From: Lingula anatina
Taxonomy: Eukaryota; Animalia; Brachiopoda
Direction of reading: 5' to 3'
Length of the DNA stretch: 64,000 nucleotides
Assembly (NCBI GenBank): GCA_051362555.1
Contig: CM120641.1
Span: forward strand, 30,324,401 to 30,388,400
How positions within the stretch are numbered: position 1 is the stretch's first letter; every line of letters begins with the position of its first letter. Below the pieces are notes generated by a model that did not search any database, was not told the DNA's origin, and worked only from the letters and a program-made list of their open reading frames with translations. This document shows positions 12,700 through 26,546 of the stretch, one piece after another. Both the position numbers and the translations under genes were made by a program.

Positions 12700-13770
12700 G
12701 TTGCAGTTGCTTTATGGGAATACATTGAGCATTGTGTCATCAACAATTGCATTTGCATTATGGGAAGACATTGAACATTGTGACATCAATAATTGCAGTT
12801 GCATTATGGGAAAACATTGAGCATTGTGACATCAACAATTGCAACTGCATTATGGGAATACATTGAGCATTGTGACATCAACAATTGCAACTGCATTATG
12901 GGAATACATTGAGCATTGTGACATCAACAATTGCAACTGCATTATGGGAATACATTGAGCATTGTGACATCAACAATTGCAACTGCATTATGGGAATACA
13001 TTGAGAATTGTGACATCAACAATTGCAACTGCATTATGGGAATACATTGAGCATTGTGACATCAACAATTGCAACTGCATTATGGGAATACATTGAACAT
13101 TGTGACATCAACAATTGCAACTGCATTATGGGAATACATTGAGCATTGTGACATCAACATTGTGACATCAACAATTGTGGTTACATTATTGGAATACATT
13201 GAACATTGTGACATCAACAATTGTGGTTACATTATTGGAATACATTGAACATTGTGACATCAACAATTGCAACTGCATTATGGGAATACATTGAACATTG
13301 TGACATCAACAATTGCAACTGCATTATGGGAATACATTGAACATTGTGACATCAACATTGTGACATCAACAATTGTGGTTACATTATTGGAATACATTGA
13401 ACATTGTGACATCAACAATTGTGGTTACATTATTGGAATACATTGAACATTGTGACATCAACAATTGTGGTTACATTATTGGAATACATTGAGCATTGTG
13501 ACATCAACAATTGCTGTTGTATTATGGGAATACATTGAGTATTGTGACATCAACAATTGCAGTTGCATTATGGTAATACATTAAGGATTGTGACATCAAC
13601 AATTGCAACTGCATTATGGAAATTACATTGAACATTGTGACATCAACAATTGCAACTGCATTATGGGAATACATTGAGCATTTTAACATCAACAGCTGCT
13701 GCTGTATTTTGGTAAGAGATTGAACATTGTGACATCAGCAAGTGGTGTTAGATTATTGAGAATACATTGC
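12700..13770. repeat. 46-bp minisatellite array A (~23 copies)
   Basis: Unit acattgagcattgtgacatcaacaattgcaactgcattatgggaat, with a variant containing gtggttacattattgg. Confidence 0.95.
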
Positions 13771-13873
13771 TTTTTTCACTTGCTTATTATATTATATTAT
13801 ATTATATTATATTATATTATATTATATTATTCAATCATATTGTTTCTTTGAATTTATTATTTTTACTGTTTTA

Positions 13874-14214
13874 TGTACAGACACACTGTGCCTGTATATG
13901 TAGCCATCACCTGCATCTGTTGTTGCTGCTGTTGTTGTCCCCAACATTTCTGTTGTCGCTGTGCACTTTCATTTTTAATAAGTTGAAAACTGGTAGATCT
14001 GTTGTCTTCAAACTGGCAGAACTGATGAACATTCATGATATACTGGCAGAATTCAAAAATTGGCATGATCCCACCAATTTCTTTCTCAAAGGTTAATCTT
14101 TTTTTTTTTTCACTTTTATCAGCATGTATGCAATACAGGCAACACATTTCAAGGAAAACCAATAGGCTTTTTGTTTTCAAACCTTCAAGAGTGACCAGTA
14201 TTATTGATATGTGT

Positions 14215-14259
<45 letters not shown>

Positions 14260-14365
14260 TTGGTTGGTTGGTTGGTTTTGTTTGTTTGTTTATTGGCATG
14301 TATTATTATACATGGGCAGATCCAAGATTATTTGAAGGGGTGTCTGCAGATGTAATGTTGACCTC

Positions 14366-14396
<31 letters not shown>

Positions 14397-15300
14397 ATAT
14401 ATACACACACACACTTGGCGCGGGGTTTGGGGCCCTTCAGCGGGCCCTGAAAAATTCTGGTATTTTAGAGGGCGAACAGTCCCATGCATTTGGTACAGTT
14501 TAGAACTATGATTCAGCTAGTCAAAATTCTAATTTCAAGAGGGGACCAGAAATCGAAGGGGGTGGGGGGGGAGTGGTCAGGACCCCCCATGACCTCTAAA
14601 TCTGCCACTGTAATATATGCTATACAGATAACACATTTCAAGGAAAAAAGTGGCAGGTTTGTTGTCTTCAAACCTGCAGGACTGAAGGACTGATCAATAG
14701 TATCAATATTCAGGATGAGTCTGGCTTGATGGGACTTTTTTTCAGTATGTATTATTCTTACCAATATACGTATATACGTAATATGCAATGCAGATATCCT
14801 ATTTCATGGAAAAAAATTGCCTGTCTTCAAACTTTCAGGACTGAAAAATATGACTTAGATACAACTGGCATTTTAAAACCAGTCTGATCGTATACCAGTA
14901 CTTTTTTTGTTGTTGTAATTAAAGAGTTTGTGTGTATGTGTGTGGAAAATTCAATTTTTTTTCATCATGATATTTTCAAAGTATGCCTTTGAACTTCAAT
15001 GGGCCTGAAGACTTTTGCTAGTCTCATTTCTAATTACCTATCATCTGCAGTACAACATTAAAATTGGTGGTGATTATAAGCATTATGTATGTAGTATTGC
15101 ATCAAACTTGAAGAAAACCCTATTTTGGGCACTGCTGCAGTAATTTAAAGTAAACCAGATACTTACAATTCTCAAACCTACAGAAAAGAATGGTAGGACT
15201 GAAATACAGCTTGTCACCATAAATGCAATAAAAGGAAAACAGTGTGACTCAATTTGAAACTTATAAAAAAGATACATAGAATTGACATTTGTTTTATTTT
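13874..15300 (+). mobile_element. Degenerate HINE/DINE-1-like fragment (family 2), interrupted by a MITE
   Basis: Its 5' end tgtacagacacactgtgcctgtatatgtagccatcacctgcatctg plus microsatellite is homologous to 16663. Internal segments match 17650-18300 and 24240-24500. Confidence 0.5.
14311..14610. mobile_element. hAT-like MITE, degenerate
   Basis: Ends catgggcagatcc ... aaatctgccactg (CAGTGGCGGAT-type TIR), with poly-G/poly-C subterminal tracts. Confidence 0.5.
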
Positions 15301-15832
15301 GCTTGTTGCCCCAGTTATGCTTTACAATGTTTCGCTTTAATTACTGATATAGTGTTTTTATACATCCCCCATCCCAATACAATACAATACAGTTTATATC
15401 ATGTCGGAAAGAATAAATGTACAAACATTAGCTGAGTAGCTATTCACGGACAGAATAAATTAAATAATGATACAGTGTTTACTACTATTGTTTCTAACTA
15501 CTTCTGTTGATTGAAATTACAACAGGAAAATAAGGCCAAGCAGCTGACATAGTATGATACATGATTATAGTGGGTAATTAATTAAGTTTACATTGAGACA
15601 TCATTCCATGGCGTTGCAGAGATTACACTTGCACTTAGGTCCTTCCCATTTTTTTTCATCATTGTTTTTACTTCATTCAGACTAACACAAGCTTTTGGGT
15701 ATTTTGTGGCTTTGAGGTTAAGCATGTTTTTGAAGTGGTTGCGACAATTTCCTTGATAAGTTTAAAACAAGATTTATTTTTTGTTGTGTTACAATAAAGA
15801 CTTCTCTGACATCTGTTAATACTATATCATGA

Positions 15833-16060
15833 AAGTATTTAAATAAGGAGTGCATACTGAGCTAGATGCAATTGAATAAAAAGTTTGCTGTTATAATATA
15901 AAGAGAAGGGGAGGTGGTGAACAATGCTAATTAACATCTATTAATAGTAAATTAAAGTATATAAATTAGGAGTGCATGCTGAGCTAGATGTAATTGGATA
16001 AAAAGTTTGTTGTTATAATATAAAGAGAAGGGGAGGTGATGAACAATGCTAATTAACATT
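15833..16060. repeat. Tandem duplication of ~122 bp (2 copies)
   Basis: aggagtgcat.ctgagctagatg...aagagaaggggaggtg.tgaacaatgctaattaacat occurs twice. Confidence 0.9.
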
Positions 16061-16662
16061 TCATAGCATCTCGGTCATTCCAGAAGAAAGGGTACAATTC
16101 CAAAATGAGAAATGCAGAAATCTGAACTTTGCAAAACTGTGAAACTTTTCACAATATTTTAATGAAGAGGTATTCAGATAGTAGCAGAAGAATTTTAACC
16201 CAAACCATTACTGTATTTCAAGAAATATCCACGTGTAAACATAATACAATAATTTTTCGTTATGGAGGTTAGGTAACATCTAAATTGGGTTATATTTCAA
16301 TCATTCCATAGGTCATAGGTTCCATTTTTGATTCAGTTGCCAAGATTTTGTATGAATTCAAAAATATTGTTACCAATTTAACATTTCTCTTCAATTATAG
16401 AAAATGTGGTGCAAACACTTTGGTAATAAGTCACATGTTTTCTATAAATACAAAGCCTGAGGTATTCCAATTTAAACAATGATTTTAGAAATCACTGGGA
16501 ACAGACTTGCTTTTATATCTTACTAGTTGTTTATAAACAAAGTGCTATCCATCTATTGTAATATGAATGTAGATCAATCAGCACAAACATATCCAATGTG
16601 CAAATGAAAAATAAACAATTTGGTAATGAAGGTTAGGTCCAAAGCAACAGTATTCATTTTTA

Positions 16663-18660
16663 TGTACAGACACAGATGTGTCTGTACATATTGCCATCAC
16701 CTGCGTCTGTCGTCGCCGTCGTCGCCGTCGCCAATGCCGGCATGTTAACAGTCTTATTATTTAATTAATAAGACACATAAAAGTGTTTGTTTGATATTTC
16801 CTGCATCTTTACAACATTGTTAGTTGATTATGTAGAAATGATGGTAAACTTGTTATCGTGTATTGTGTAATAAAGTGTCAAAAATGGAAATAAACTCATA
16901 TCAGTCAGATTCAATCATTTACTATGTTCAGAATGTCAGAATGGAGGAAATTGGACATTTGACACAGTTCTATTGATATTTGTCCCATCTCATCAATTTT
17001 CTTAGTTGATCATATAAAAATGGCAGTAAATTGTTTATGTTTTATATTAAAAAAAGTGTTAAAAATGGAAATAAACCCATTTCAGCACAGTGCTGTCTAG
17101 TTTTCACTTTTCAGCATATATGCAACACTGTAAACACAATATACGAAAAACAGGTAGGCCAATTGTCATTAAACTCACAGGAGTGGTCAATCCTGCTAAA
17201 ACGCAGGTTGAGTTAAAAAATCAGCATAATCGGGCCATTATTTTAGAAGTTATGTTGTTTTTTCACATTTCCTCAGATTCAATTCTTAGGCATGTTAACA
17301 GTTTCATTATTTAATTAATAAGATATTAAAAGTGTTTGTTTGACATTTACTGCATCTTTACAACATTGTTAGTTGATTTTGTAAAAATGATGGTTAATTT
17401 GTTATCATGTATTGTGTAATAAAGTTTCAAAAATGGAAATAAACTCATATCATTGCAGATTGTCAGATTCAATCATTCACTATGTTCAGAATCTCAGAAT
17501 GGAATATATTGGACATTTAACACTGCTCTATTGATATTTTTCCCATCTCATCCATTTTCTTAGTTGATCATATAAAAATGGCAGTAAGCTGTTAATTTTG
17601 TTTTATGTTAAAAATTGTTAAAAATGGAAAAAAAAAACATTTCAGAACAGTGCTGTCTTGTTTACATTTTGGCATTTTCAAGTTGTGACTTTGAAGTTCC
17701 ATGGGCCTGAAGACATTTGCTAGTCACATTTTCTGAATATCCATGATACTAATATTTTATTATTAAAAATTGATGGTCATTATGCTGTTAAACATTATGT
17801 AATATTGCATCAAAATTTGAAAAAAAACCTACTTTGGGCACTGCTCCCATGATGACCATTTAAGAAAAACCATGTCACTTACTGTTCTCAAACAGTACAG
17901 TAAATATGTACAGATGTTTCTGTACATATTGCCATCACTTGTGTCTGTCGTCGCCGTCACCGGTGCCTTGCTCTTTCATTGTAAACACGATAAGTGGAAG
18001 GCAGTTTTACTTTTGGGCTTTATATTTACAGAGCTGATGAATATTCATAAAACGCAGGTCAAGTTCGAAAATCAGCATGATCGGGCCATTATTGTAGAAG
18101 TCATGCTTTTTTTCACTTTTCAGCATATTTCACATATTGGCATTTTCAAGATGTGACTTTGAAGTTCTGCATGCTTGAAGACCCATGCTAGTCACATTTT
18201 CTGAAAATCCATGATACGTATATTTTATTATTAAAAATTGACGGTCATTATGCTGTTAACCAATATGTAATATTGCATCAGAATAGAAGAAAACAATTAT
18301 GGGTGCTGCTGCCATGATGACCATTATGGGAAAACCATGTTACTTACTTATGATTGCCAAATGTTCAAAAAAGAAATGCAGGACTAAAATGCAACCTAAG
18401 TTGGAAAAGTAGTCTAATTGGCTTCTTTTTCTGGAAGTTATACATTTTCAAAGTGTGAACTTGAACTCCCATGGGCTTGAAGCCTTATGCTTGTTACACA
18501 TTTTACTTACATTGGTATTACCTGTTGAGCATAATTAAAATTTGATGTTGAATTTGCAGTTTAACATAATGTACTTTTGCATCAGAATTGACAGTAGCCT
18601 ATTTTGTGTATAGTTATTTCCTGCTTTTTGTCTGTACATTTGACAGCTTTGCTGCCTTGT
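16663..18660 (+). mobile_element. Helentron-associated element (HINE/DINE-1-like), family 2, with internal duplication
   Basis: 5' hairpin tgtacagacac-agat-gtgtctgtaca follows a T-run and precedes tattgccatcac and a (cgtcgtcgc) microsatellite. The 3' end has sub-TIR tgtctgtaca, hairpin gacagctttgctgcc, then ttgt. Duplicated segments lie ~550 bp apart (16740 vs 17290), and a second 5' end sits at ~17907. Confidence 0.7.
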
Positions 18661-19506
18661 AATTTTTTAAAGTTAAAAGTAAACTTTAGAAGCTGAATTC
18701 GGGATTCGTAGTATTACAGATATGACAAATGTCACACGATAAGAAAGCAAAATTAATAAAACATTTATTCAAATCAACAAATGGTAAATGGTTACAATTG
18801 GTGTTTTGCTTTTCAAGGACCACATACATACCTTTACCACTACTGGATACATTTCATTACTTATATGTTGATTCCTACGTCTGTAGAATTTACATTCCAT
18901 ATTTTACCAGAAAAAGAGTTTATTTTATTATCTTAGCAACAGAGTGTTATGTCCCTTTACATATACATATGAGATGAATATCCCAAACTTATATAATTTA
19001 GAACGCTTAATTCAAGCGTGGGCTCGAAATAGGACATTACGTTTTAGACTTACTCAGTGGAAAACGCAATTCAAAATTCCACGGTTCGTGTCAGATTTAC
19101 GTAAGGTAGCGCAAAGAAAACCCAAGTCCACATAATGACCAGTTTAATAGTTTAATGGTTGACGATCTCTAACTACATGTTCTATACGTGAAGCCTCCAA
19201 CTTCTAAGCCGTCTCCCATAGCTCCGTCGAGCGGTCACCTTCGAGTCTTCTTCAGTCTGCCCCCCAATATTATTTCTAGACGTCTTTTATACGCATTTCT
19301 TATCTATAGGTGGATTCTGTGCTGCAGTATTTGGCGGTACATACTAATTTTAATTATTCAAATTGCACACGTCCACTTAAGTTACATGACTACAGGTAAG
19401 GCCATAAAACGAGTCGAGTGCACAAGCAATCGACTCTAATCAAATTAATTTACATGTCTGGGAATTATATTTGTGAACACTACAAGAGGATAGGTAAAAC
19501 AGTAGT

Positions 19507-19752
19507 CTAAATTATGCGATCATTTAAATCGTTCAAAATGTCTGGTGGTGTTGTAAAACATCATTTGCTCTTTCTAGAAGAGTAGGGTGGATCAGGTAGT
19601 TTCTGGATAATCTTTTCAAAACTTATCCAGATTTCATCTTTTGTTGTTGGCCACTTAAACATATTATTGCACTTGCCACATTTTGTTGAAAACTTACCAA
19701 GTACAGTAAAATCGTTTAAGTCAATTTCTGTTATTTCTCCAATGTAAGATGG
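19507..19752 (-). pseudogene. Fragment of a Tudor/SH3-like C-terminal domain typical of DNA-transposon proteins
   Basis: Translates PSYIGEITEIDLNDFTVLGKFSTKCGKCNNMFKWPTTKDEIWISFEKIIQKLPDPPYSSRKSK*CF, matching the pattern YIGxIxxxD...F.WP...D..W.....I...P. One internal TGA. Confidence 0.6.
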
Positions 19753-19804
19753 TAAGGTGCATGCTAGGATGCATGTAACTCAGGGTTAGCTTCTCTGACT
19801 TAGG

Positions 19805-20025
19805 GTGCTTTCCCAGAGATTTAGATCGATCTAAAGATTAAGATTTAGATCGACCTAACTCTCTGGGGGTTCACGCTAAATTGCAGTCAGCCGAGCGGGC
19901 ACCATAGTTAATTACCCCCTTACAGCTTTTAGTAGGCAGGACAGACGCTTAAGCCGGCCAAGCTGACAGTAATCTAGTGAGACTCCCCACAGGGATAGAT
20001 CGATCTAAAAATCTATGGAAATGGG
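19805..20025. mobile_element. MITE family; related copies at ~25720-25900 and ~27110-27226 (opposite orientation)
   Basis: Inverted tttcc.agagatttagatcgatcta / tagatcgatctaaaaatctatggaaa. 25780-25897 is the reverse complement of 27112-27226. Confidence 0.55.
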
Positions 20026-20166
20026 GTGTAATACACTAGTACATGCATGCATAAACATTGTTTCCCATTAGGTATGAAATGGCAGGTTGACAGGCATGAC
20101 ATGGAAGCCATTTATATACTGCAGCTGTCATTACTGGTTTCAACCTGGCACTTAAAAAGAGTATTT

Positions 20167-20204
20167 ATAAGATAAGATAAGATAAGATAAGATAAGATAA
20201 GATA
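20167..20204. repeat. (ATAAG)n microsatellite
   Basis: Direct reading of the sequence. Confidence 0.95.
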
Positions 20205-20522
20205 ATAATTTACTAAATAAATAAAATACAAATGTATAAAATTGGGAATCTTTTGCCCTTTAATAGCTCCATTATCCTAAAAATGTATGCCAAAAGTTTT
20301 ACCTTCATAGTGTCATTTATAGCCTTCCAGATTAGATTTCTAAATTGGACTTTATGATAGATTCATTTCAACAATCTTTGGTTATTACACTATTTTGCTG
20401 TTTTCTTTCAATCCAGATAAGTTACAGTTACATGGATATTTCGTTTAATGTAACACTGAAGTACCTTCCTATTACTTTTGACTAGGATAGTAGTATTTCG
20501 GATTGTGGATAAACAGGAATTA

Positions 20523-22027
20523 CGGTAATGTGCCATGAATTTCGTACAGCAGAAAATAATTAAATTTGGGAAAAGATCGTTTTGGTTGTAATTCATGAAA
20601 TGGAGGTGCTCAGAACTTCCAAACGTTAAAATTTCATGGAATTCGGTCAGTTTTGACCAGAAGTTGTCTGTTCGTCACTAGGCCTTATGTTACCTTCTTT
20701 CAACGATCTATTTAGAGTTACTATGATGAATGATGGGTGATTGTCGGTAATTGTGACCCAAGGGATACACATACTTTCACACGATCACTCTGTACGGCTG
20801 AAGGTGCTAGATAACAAGTGTTACTGTTGGCTAGGGACACAAAACAGCATCATTATCAGTAGTGTCCTTTTTCAAAAGCGAAACTAGCAGCCGGAAAATA
20901 GTGTCGTTTTTCGAAAAATGATCCTAGCGCTCAGAACTGGAGTGGACGGACTAAGAGACGGCTGGCGATTGGTGTCTACCCCGGCCAGATAACTTTCACT
21001 GTGGCGGCCGAGCTTAGTATTACCATTGCTCCTTACCATGCACTAAAGCCGTGACAACAGCCGATTGGTGTCTATGGCACACGTACAGGTAGCCTTTATT
21101 GGCAATTAGCATCCTAACCTCGCTGTGCACCGGTCGGGTGTCTTCGAAGTCGTTTTGGAGGTGCCAAGATAACTGCTGATTGTTGTCTACAATCACATAT
21201 ACTACGGTAGGTCGTTGGGGGGGGGGGGGGGGGTACCCCTAGGTGCAGGGCTCGGTATCCATGGTTGTGTGGTTGCCTTTTACAACCACTTTTTTTTGGC
21301 CAGGCAACCCAATCTTGACCAGCAGCTGTCCGACAACACAACTGATTTCCTGGCACATAGTTGCACCAATTTGAAAAGTATGTACATTTTGTCATTTAAA
21401 CCATCTTCAAACAAACACGTGAGTGATAATAATCTAGACGAAACCGAAAAGGCAATTTTCATATTTGTTAGCAATCCAAGCAAGACAGAAAGGCAATTTT
21501 CTTATTTCTTCCAAGGACTTTGTTAGCGGAAGATCGTCACCAGGAGATCAACAGCGATCTGAGCGAAACAAGAAGGTAGTTTTCATATTTGTTCAATGGA
21601 CTTCATAAGCCGGAGATCGTGAACGATCTGAGCGAGACAAAAAAAAAATAGTGGTAATCTTTATTGCAGTTTTTAATTGCTTCTTTTGTTCTGTTACTGA
21701 AGTGCCTACTTTTGACAATGCTATTGTTCGCCTCAGCAAAACTACCGATTGCTATCTCACACTGAGTACTCGGGTAAAGAATTGACAGTACGACAGTGCA
21801 ACTCATAATTGATTCTCCTGTTATCTTAATGAATGGTGATGACGATGTTGTTTAGCATCCTAAGCTAACTGTACCAATCATTATCTTGCCTGTACGAAAT
21901 TCACGAAAATCAAGATTGCGCAAACTTGCTTACTGGTCGAAATTCATGGTCCATAAGAAACTCCAGACGACTGATTTTTAAATTGTTACACATTTAAGAG
22001 CTGTTCGAAATTCATGGCACATTACCG
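20523..22027. mobile_element. Non-autonomous TIR DNA transposon (~1.5 kb), probable TA TSD (Tc1/mariner/pogo-type)
   Basis: TA-CGGTAATGTGCCATGAATTTCGTACAGC ... GCTGTTCGAAATTCATGGCACATTACCG-TA, a 29/30 inverted match. No transposase recognisable inside. Confidence 0.8.
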
Positions 22028-22784
22028 TAAGATGAACCACTGTATGTAGAATGTGTAACATTCTAATGGGTAGATTGTGAGTTATTGCAGAGTATGAATC
22101 ATGGAAACCAGTTCAGAATGTCTCAGTATTGTCTGCAGATCACCATTCTGTACTATTCCTATCTCAGCAATTGTCTTAATGATCATATAAAAATGACCGA
22201 TAATTGATTATTTTGTTTTATGTAAAAAAGTGTTGAAAACTCATTTCAGTATAGTTATCTCTTGTTGTCTGTACATTTGACAATTTTGCTGCCTTGTTTT
22301 AGCATTGTTGAAAAAAATTTTGGTGTTTGTATATTTATCAGCTTTGTTCTTTAGTTTTAATTATTTTCTTTCATGACAAATGCAAATAAGTTTTAATTAT
22401 TTTATTTCTTTGAATTTTAGTGTTAGGAAATAGATGTGGTATATTGTCAAAAAAAGGAGAAGATAGACTTAGAGAACTGATATGATACACTGTAAGATGT
22501 GCTATCCAGGAAGATTGCAGCTTCATGCAGTCACCCCATACTACAGTATTGTTATCTGATGTGCTTTACAAAGTGTGGCTGCCCTAAGCATCTCAGAGCT
22601 TTTAACCACTGTATAACCTGCAGAATAGGCCAAGGTCATGAGGGAAGGCAGGTAAGAAAATCATTTTGGTCACTTTACCGCCCTATAATGCCAGATAAAA
22701 CTTTGCTGCATATTGTATTCAATTTAGTATCTCTTGTTGTATTATGAAAATTTATTGAGCATTGGCATTTAAACAACAATTGCC

Positions 22785-24170
22785 AGAAAGACATTGAACA
22801 TTGTGACATCAACAATAGTTGTTGTATTATAGGAAGACATTGAACATTGTGACATCAACAATTGCTGTTGTATTATGGAAAGACATTGAACATTGTGACA
22901 TCAACAATTGCTGTTGTATTATGGGAAGACATTGAACATTGTGACATCGACAGTTGCTGTTGCATTATGGGAATACATTGAACATTGTGACTTGGACATT
23001 TGCTGTTGTATTATGGAAAGACATTGAACATTGTGACATCAACAATTGCTGTTGTATTATGGAAAGACATTGAACATTGTGACATCAACAATTGCTGTTG
23101 TATTATGGGAAGCCATTGAACATTGTGACATCAACAATTGCTGTTGTATTATGGAAAGACATTGTTATTGTGACATCAACAATTGCTGTTGTATTATGGA
23201 AAGACATTGAACATTGTGACATCAACAGTTGCTATTGCATTATGGGAATACATTGAACATTGTGACATCAACAACTGCTGTTGTATTATGGGAAGCCATT
23301 GAACATTGTGACATCAACAATTGCTGTTGTATTATGGGAAGACTTTGAACATTGTGACATCAACAATTGTTGTTGTATTATGGGAAGACTTTGAACATTG
23401 TGACATCAACAGTTGCTGTTGTATTATGGAAAGACATTGAACATTGTGACATCAACAGTTGCTGTTGTATTATGGAAAGAGATTGAACATTGTGAGATCA
23501 ACAATTACTGTTGTATTATGGAAAGACATTGAACATTGTGACATCAACAATTGCTGCTATTATGGAAAGACATTGTTATTGTGACATCAACAATTGCTGT
23601 TGTATTATGGAAAGACATTGGACATTGTGACATCAACAGTTGCTGTTGTATTATGGAAAGACATTGAACATTGTGACATCAACAGTTGCTGTTGTATTAT
23701 GGAAAGACATTGAACATTGTGACATCAACAGTTGCTGTTGTATTATGGGAAGACATTGAACATTGTGACATCAACAGTTGCTGTTGTATTATGGGAAGAC
23801 ATTGATCATTGTGACATCAACAGTTGCTGTTGTATTATGGAAAGACATTGAACATTGTGACATCAACAGTTGCTGTTGTATTATGGAAAGACATTGAACA
23901 TTGTGACATCAACAGTTGCTGTTGTATTATGGGAATACATTGAACATTGTGACATCAACAATTGCTGTAGCATTATGGTAAGACATTGAACATTGTGACA
24001 TCAACAATTGCTGTTGTATTATGGAAAGACACTGAACATTGTGACATCAACAATTGCTGTTGTATTATGGAAAGATATTGAAGATTGTGACATCAACAAT
24101 TGCTGTTGTATTATGTGAACACATTGAACATTGTGACATCAACAATTGCTGTTGTATTATGGGAAGACAT
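22785..24170. repeat. 46-bp minisatellite array B (~30 copies)
   Basis: Unit acattgaacattgtgacatcaacaattgctgttgtattatggaaag, period 46 (22801, 22847...). Confidence 0.95.
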
Positions 24171-24797
24171 AATTTGAAGAATGGGTGATTCGTTGAGTGT
24201 AATTTTCATTTCCAGTTGGCGGCAGCAGAAGCATTTATATCTTTCACATATTGACATTTTCAGGGTGTGACTTTGAACTTTATTTGGCTTGAATACCTTT
24301 GCAAGTCATATTTTCTGAATACCCATGATACTTTTATTTTATTATTAAAAATTGATGGTTATTATGCTGTTTAGCATTATGTAATATATAATCAAAATTA
24401 AAGAAAAAATTGATTTTGGGCACTGCCTCCATAGAGACCATTAAAAACTCTTACTCTTCTTAAACTTACATGAAAGAAACGTAGGAGTAAAATACAGCTG
24501 GAGTTGGAAAACCAGTTAAATTGGCTTTTTTTTTTTATATTTCATATATTGGCATTTTCATTGTGGGACTTAGAACTTGCACGTGCATGAAGCCCAGTAG
24601 TAATCATATTTTTTTAATGTCCATGTTATGAATAGTAGATAATTGGTGGTAATTATACAGTTAATTATAATTATACTGCTGGCTTAAAGTTTAAAATGGG
24701 TGATTTTTGGAAGATGGACAGGAAAAACATATTTTCGTTATTAATTTACTCATATGATTTCAGAAGTAAAACAAGCATTCATGCCCAAACACATGTC

Positions 24798-24805
24798 CAC
24801 ACACA

Positions 24806-24840
<35 letters not shown>
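24798..24840. repeat. (CA)n microsatellite
   Basis: Direct reading; similar tracts at ~29398-29459 and ~30820-30858. Confidence 0.95.
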
Positions 24841-26397
24841 CATTGCCGCATTCTAACAGATACCTTGGCTTTGTAAAGTCTAAAGATATATGAGTTCCCT
24901 TTCTTTTCATTTTTATGAAAATTGGCTAAGTGTTCTTATTTTAATGTAGTCATTTATATATTTTCAGGCTGCAATGTTTCACAAGTCCATGATGAAGAAA
25001 ATATTTCCTGTGATTGGCCAGAGGTAGCCATGAAGGATTCTGTATTTAGAAAAGTCTTTGAATTCCAAGAAAAAGAGGAGGTAGGACGAAAGGGAGCTGT
25101 GATCAATAGCAGAGGTGAGGAAACCATGTGATTAACAGAAATTATGGAAGCTATTGGCAAATGCAAAATTGCATAATATCACTGTAAGACTGATCACTCC
25201 TCACTGTCAGCTAAACATTTTTAAATATTTGTGTATAGAAAAGATCTTTCAGAAAAATTGTAAAATAGTTATTTCATTTATTGATTGTGGCAGTTGATAA
25301 AGATTTATTTTGTAAAATGTATATTAAATAAATTATTGGATAATTTTCCCAAACTCATGACTAATTTAAATGAAAACAATTATTTATTTCAAGAATTGGT
25401 ATAAAATCTGTAGGTATCATTATGTGGATATAAAGAAGGGTTGTGTAATGATCCTCTTTAGCACAGAGTTCAGAGACCTAGATAATGTCAACACTGGAAA
25501 GGTGTTTATGTAGGTGAGTCATGAGTTTGTAAAAACAATATGCACTGCCTGTTGTTTTATCACTATGAAATTAGTTTAGAAGAATTCCTGCTGTAAAATG
25601 GCAATTCCATTGCATAGTTTTTAAATTGTCTTCAGTTATCGGTTATAGAAAAGGATTCAAAGAATTATTAAAATTTCGAGTTATTACCATAATTTCTAAA
25701 TGATGTACATTATTTCACGTACTAGATGTCTGTCATGCCTACTAAACCTGCTAGGGGGTAATTAATTATTGTTTAGCAGGTTCAGTAGGTGTGTCAGACA
25801 TCTAATTAAGCCACTTAAAGCTGAAAGCAATTGAGTGAGAAACCCTTTGGAGATGGATCGATCCTGTTAGATTGATCTAGGTATGGGAACCCAGTCTTAA
25901 TATTTGCTATGTCTAAAGGTTGATGTTCTAATAGATAATATTTTCTCCTATTACATAATATTAATATTATATGAATCAATATTATATAACCTATTTGGGT
26001 TTTATATAAATATGATGATGGTTTACTCATACTGCTAGTGTTAATAAATGGTTGTGTTCAGTTGATAGATTAAAATGTTGAAAGAGTACAGACACAGTAG
26101 TATTGATGACTGGCCAAAAAATTAAACCAAACCAAACTAAAAGATTTGGAACAATGAAAAAACAAATTTTACTTCTATTATAGACAGACCATACCTGCTG
26201 AGGTGAAAATATCTGATTTTTTAAAAGTATTTTACAATTCTTGTGTCACGTACCTCTTATGCCTATAAATGAATCTGCTTCATATAGCGTAGAAGATATT
26301 TGTTTGATGTGTGTATTTGTGTGTATATATTCTGATCTCTATGGGCTCATTCTCACAGATACCATAGATCTACTTAGAGTGATCCAACTCTGTGCCT

Positions 26398-26546
26398 GGA
26401 CTCTCACCAAGTGCAATCAGCTTAATTGAATGACGTGTCTCCACAGGCATTGAATAGAATACAAAATAGCTGCTGATTATGCAAATATGTTGGAAACAAG
26501 AGGAGACATGTCATTCACTTAAGCTGTTTGCACTCAGCAAGAGTCC
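26398..26546. mobile_element. Degenerate fold-back MITE
   Basis: ggactctc..agtgcaatcagcttaattgaatgacgtgtctcc is inverted as ggagacatgtcattcacttaagctgtttgcact..gagtcc. Confidence 0.65.

Noticed and set aside
13767-14788. Several overlapping 70-110 aa ORFs
   Set aside because: They are driven by microsatellite, poly-T and poly-C tracts in repeat-derived DNA.
12700-24170. 46-bp repeat arrays as CRISPR arrays
   Set aside because: Units are head-to-tail with no unique spacers, there are no cas genes, and the context is eukaryotic.
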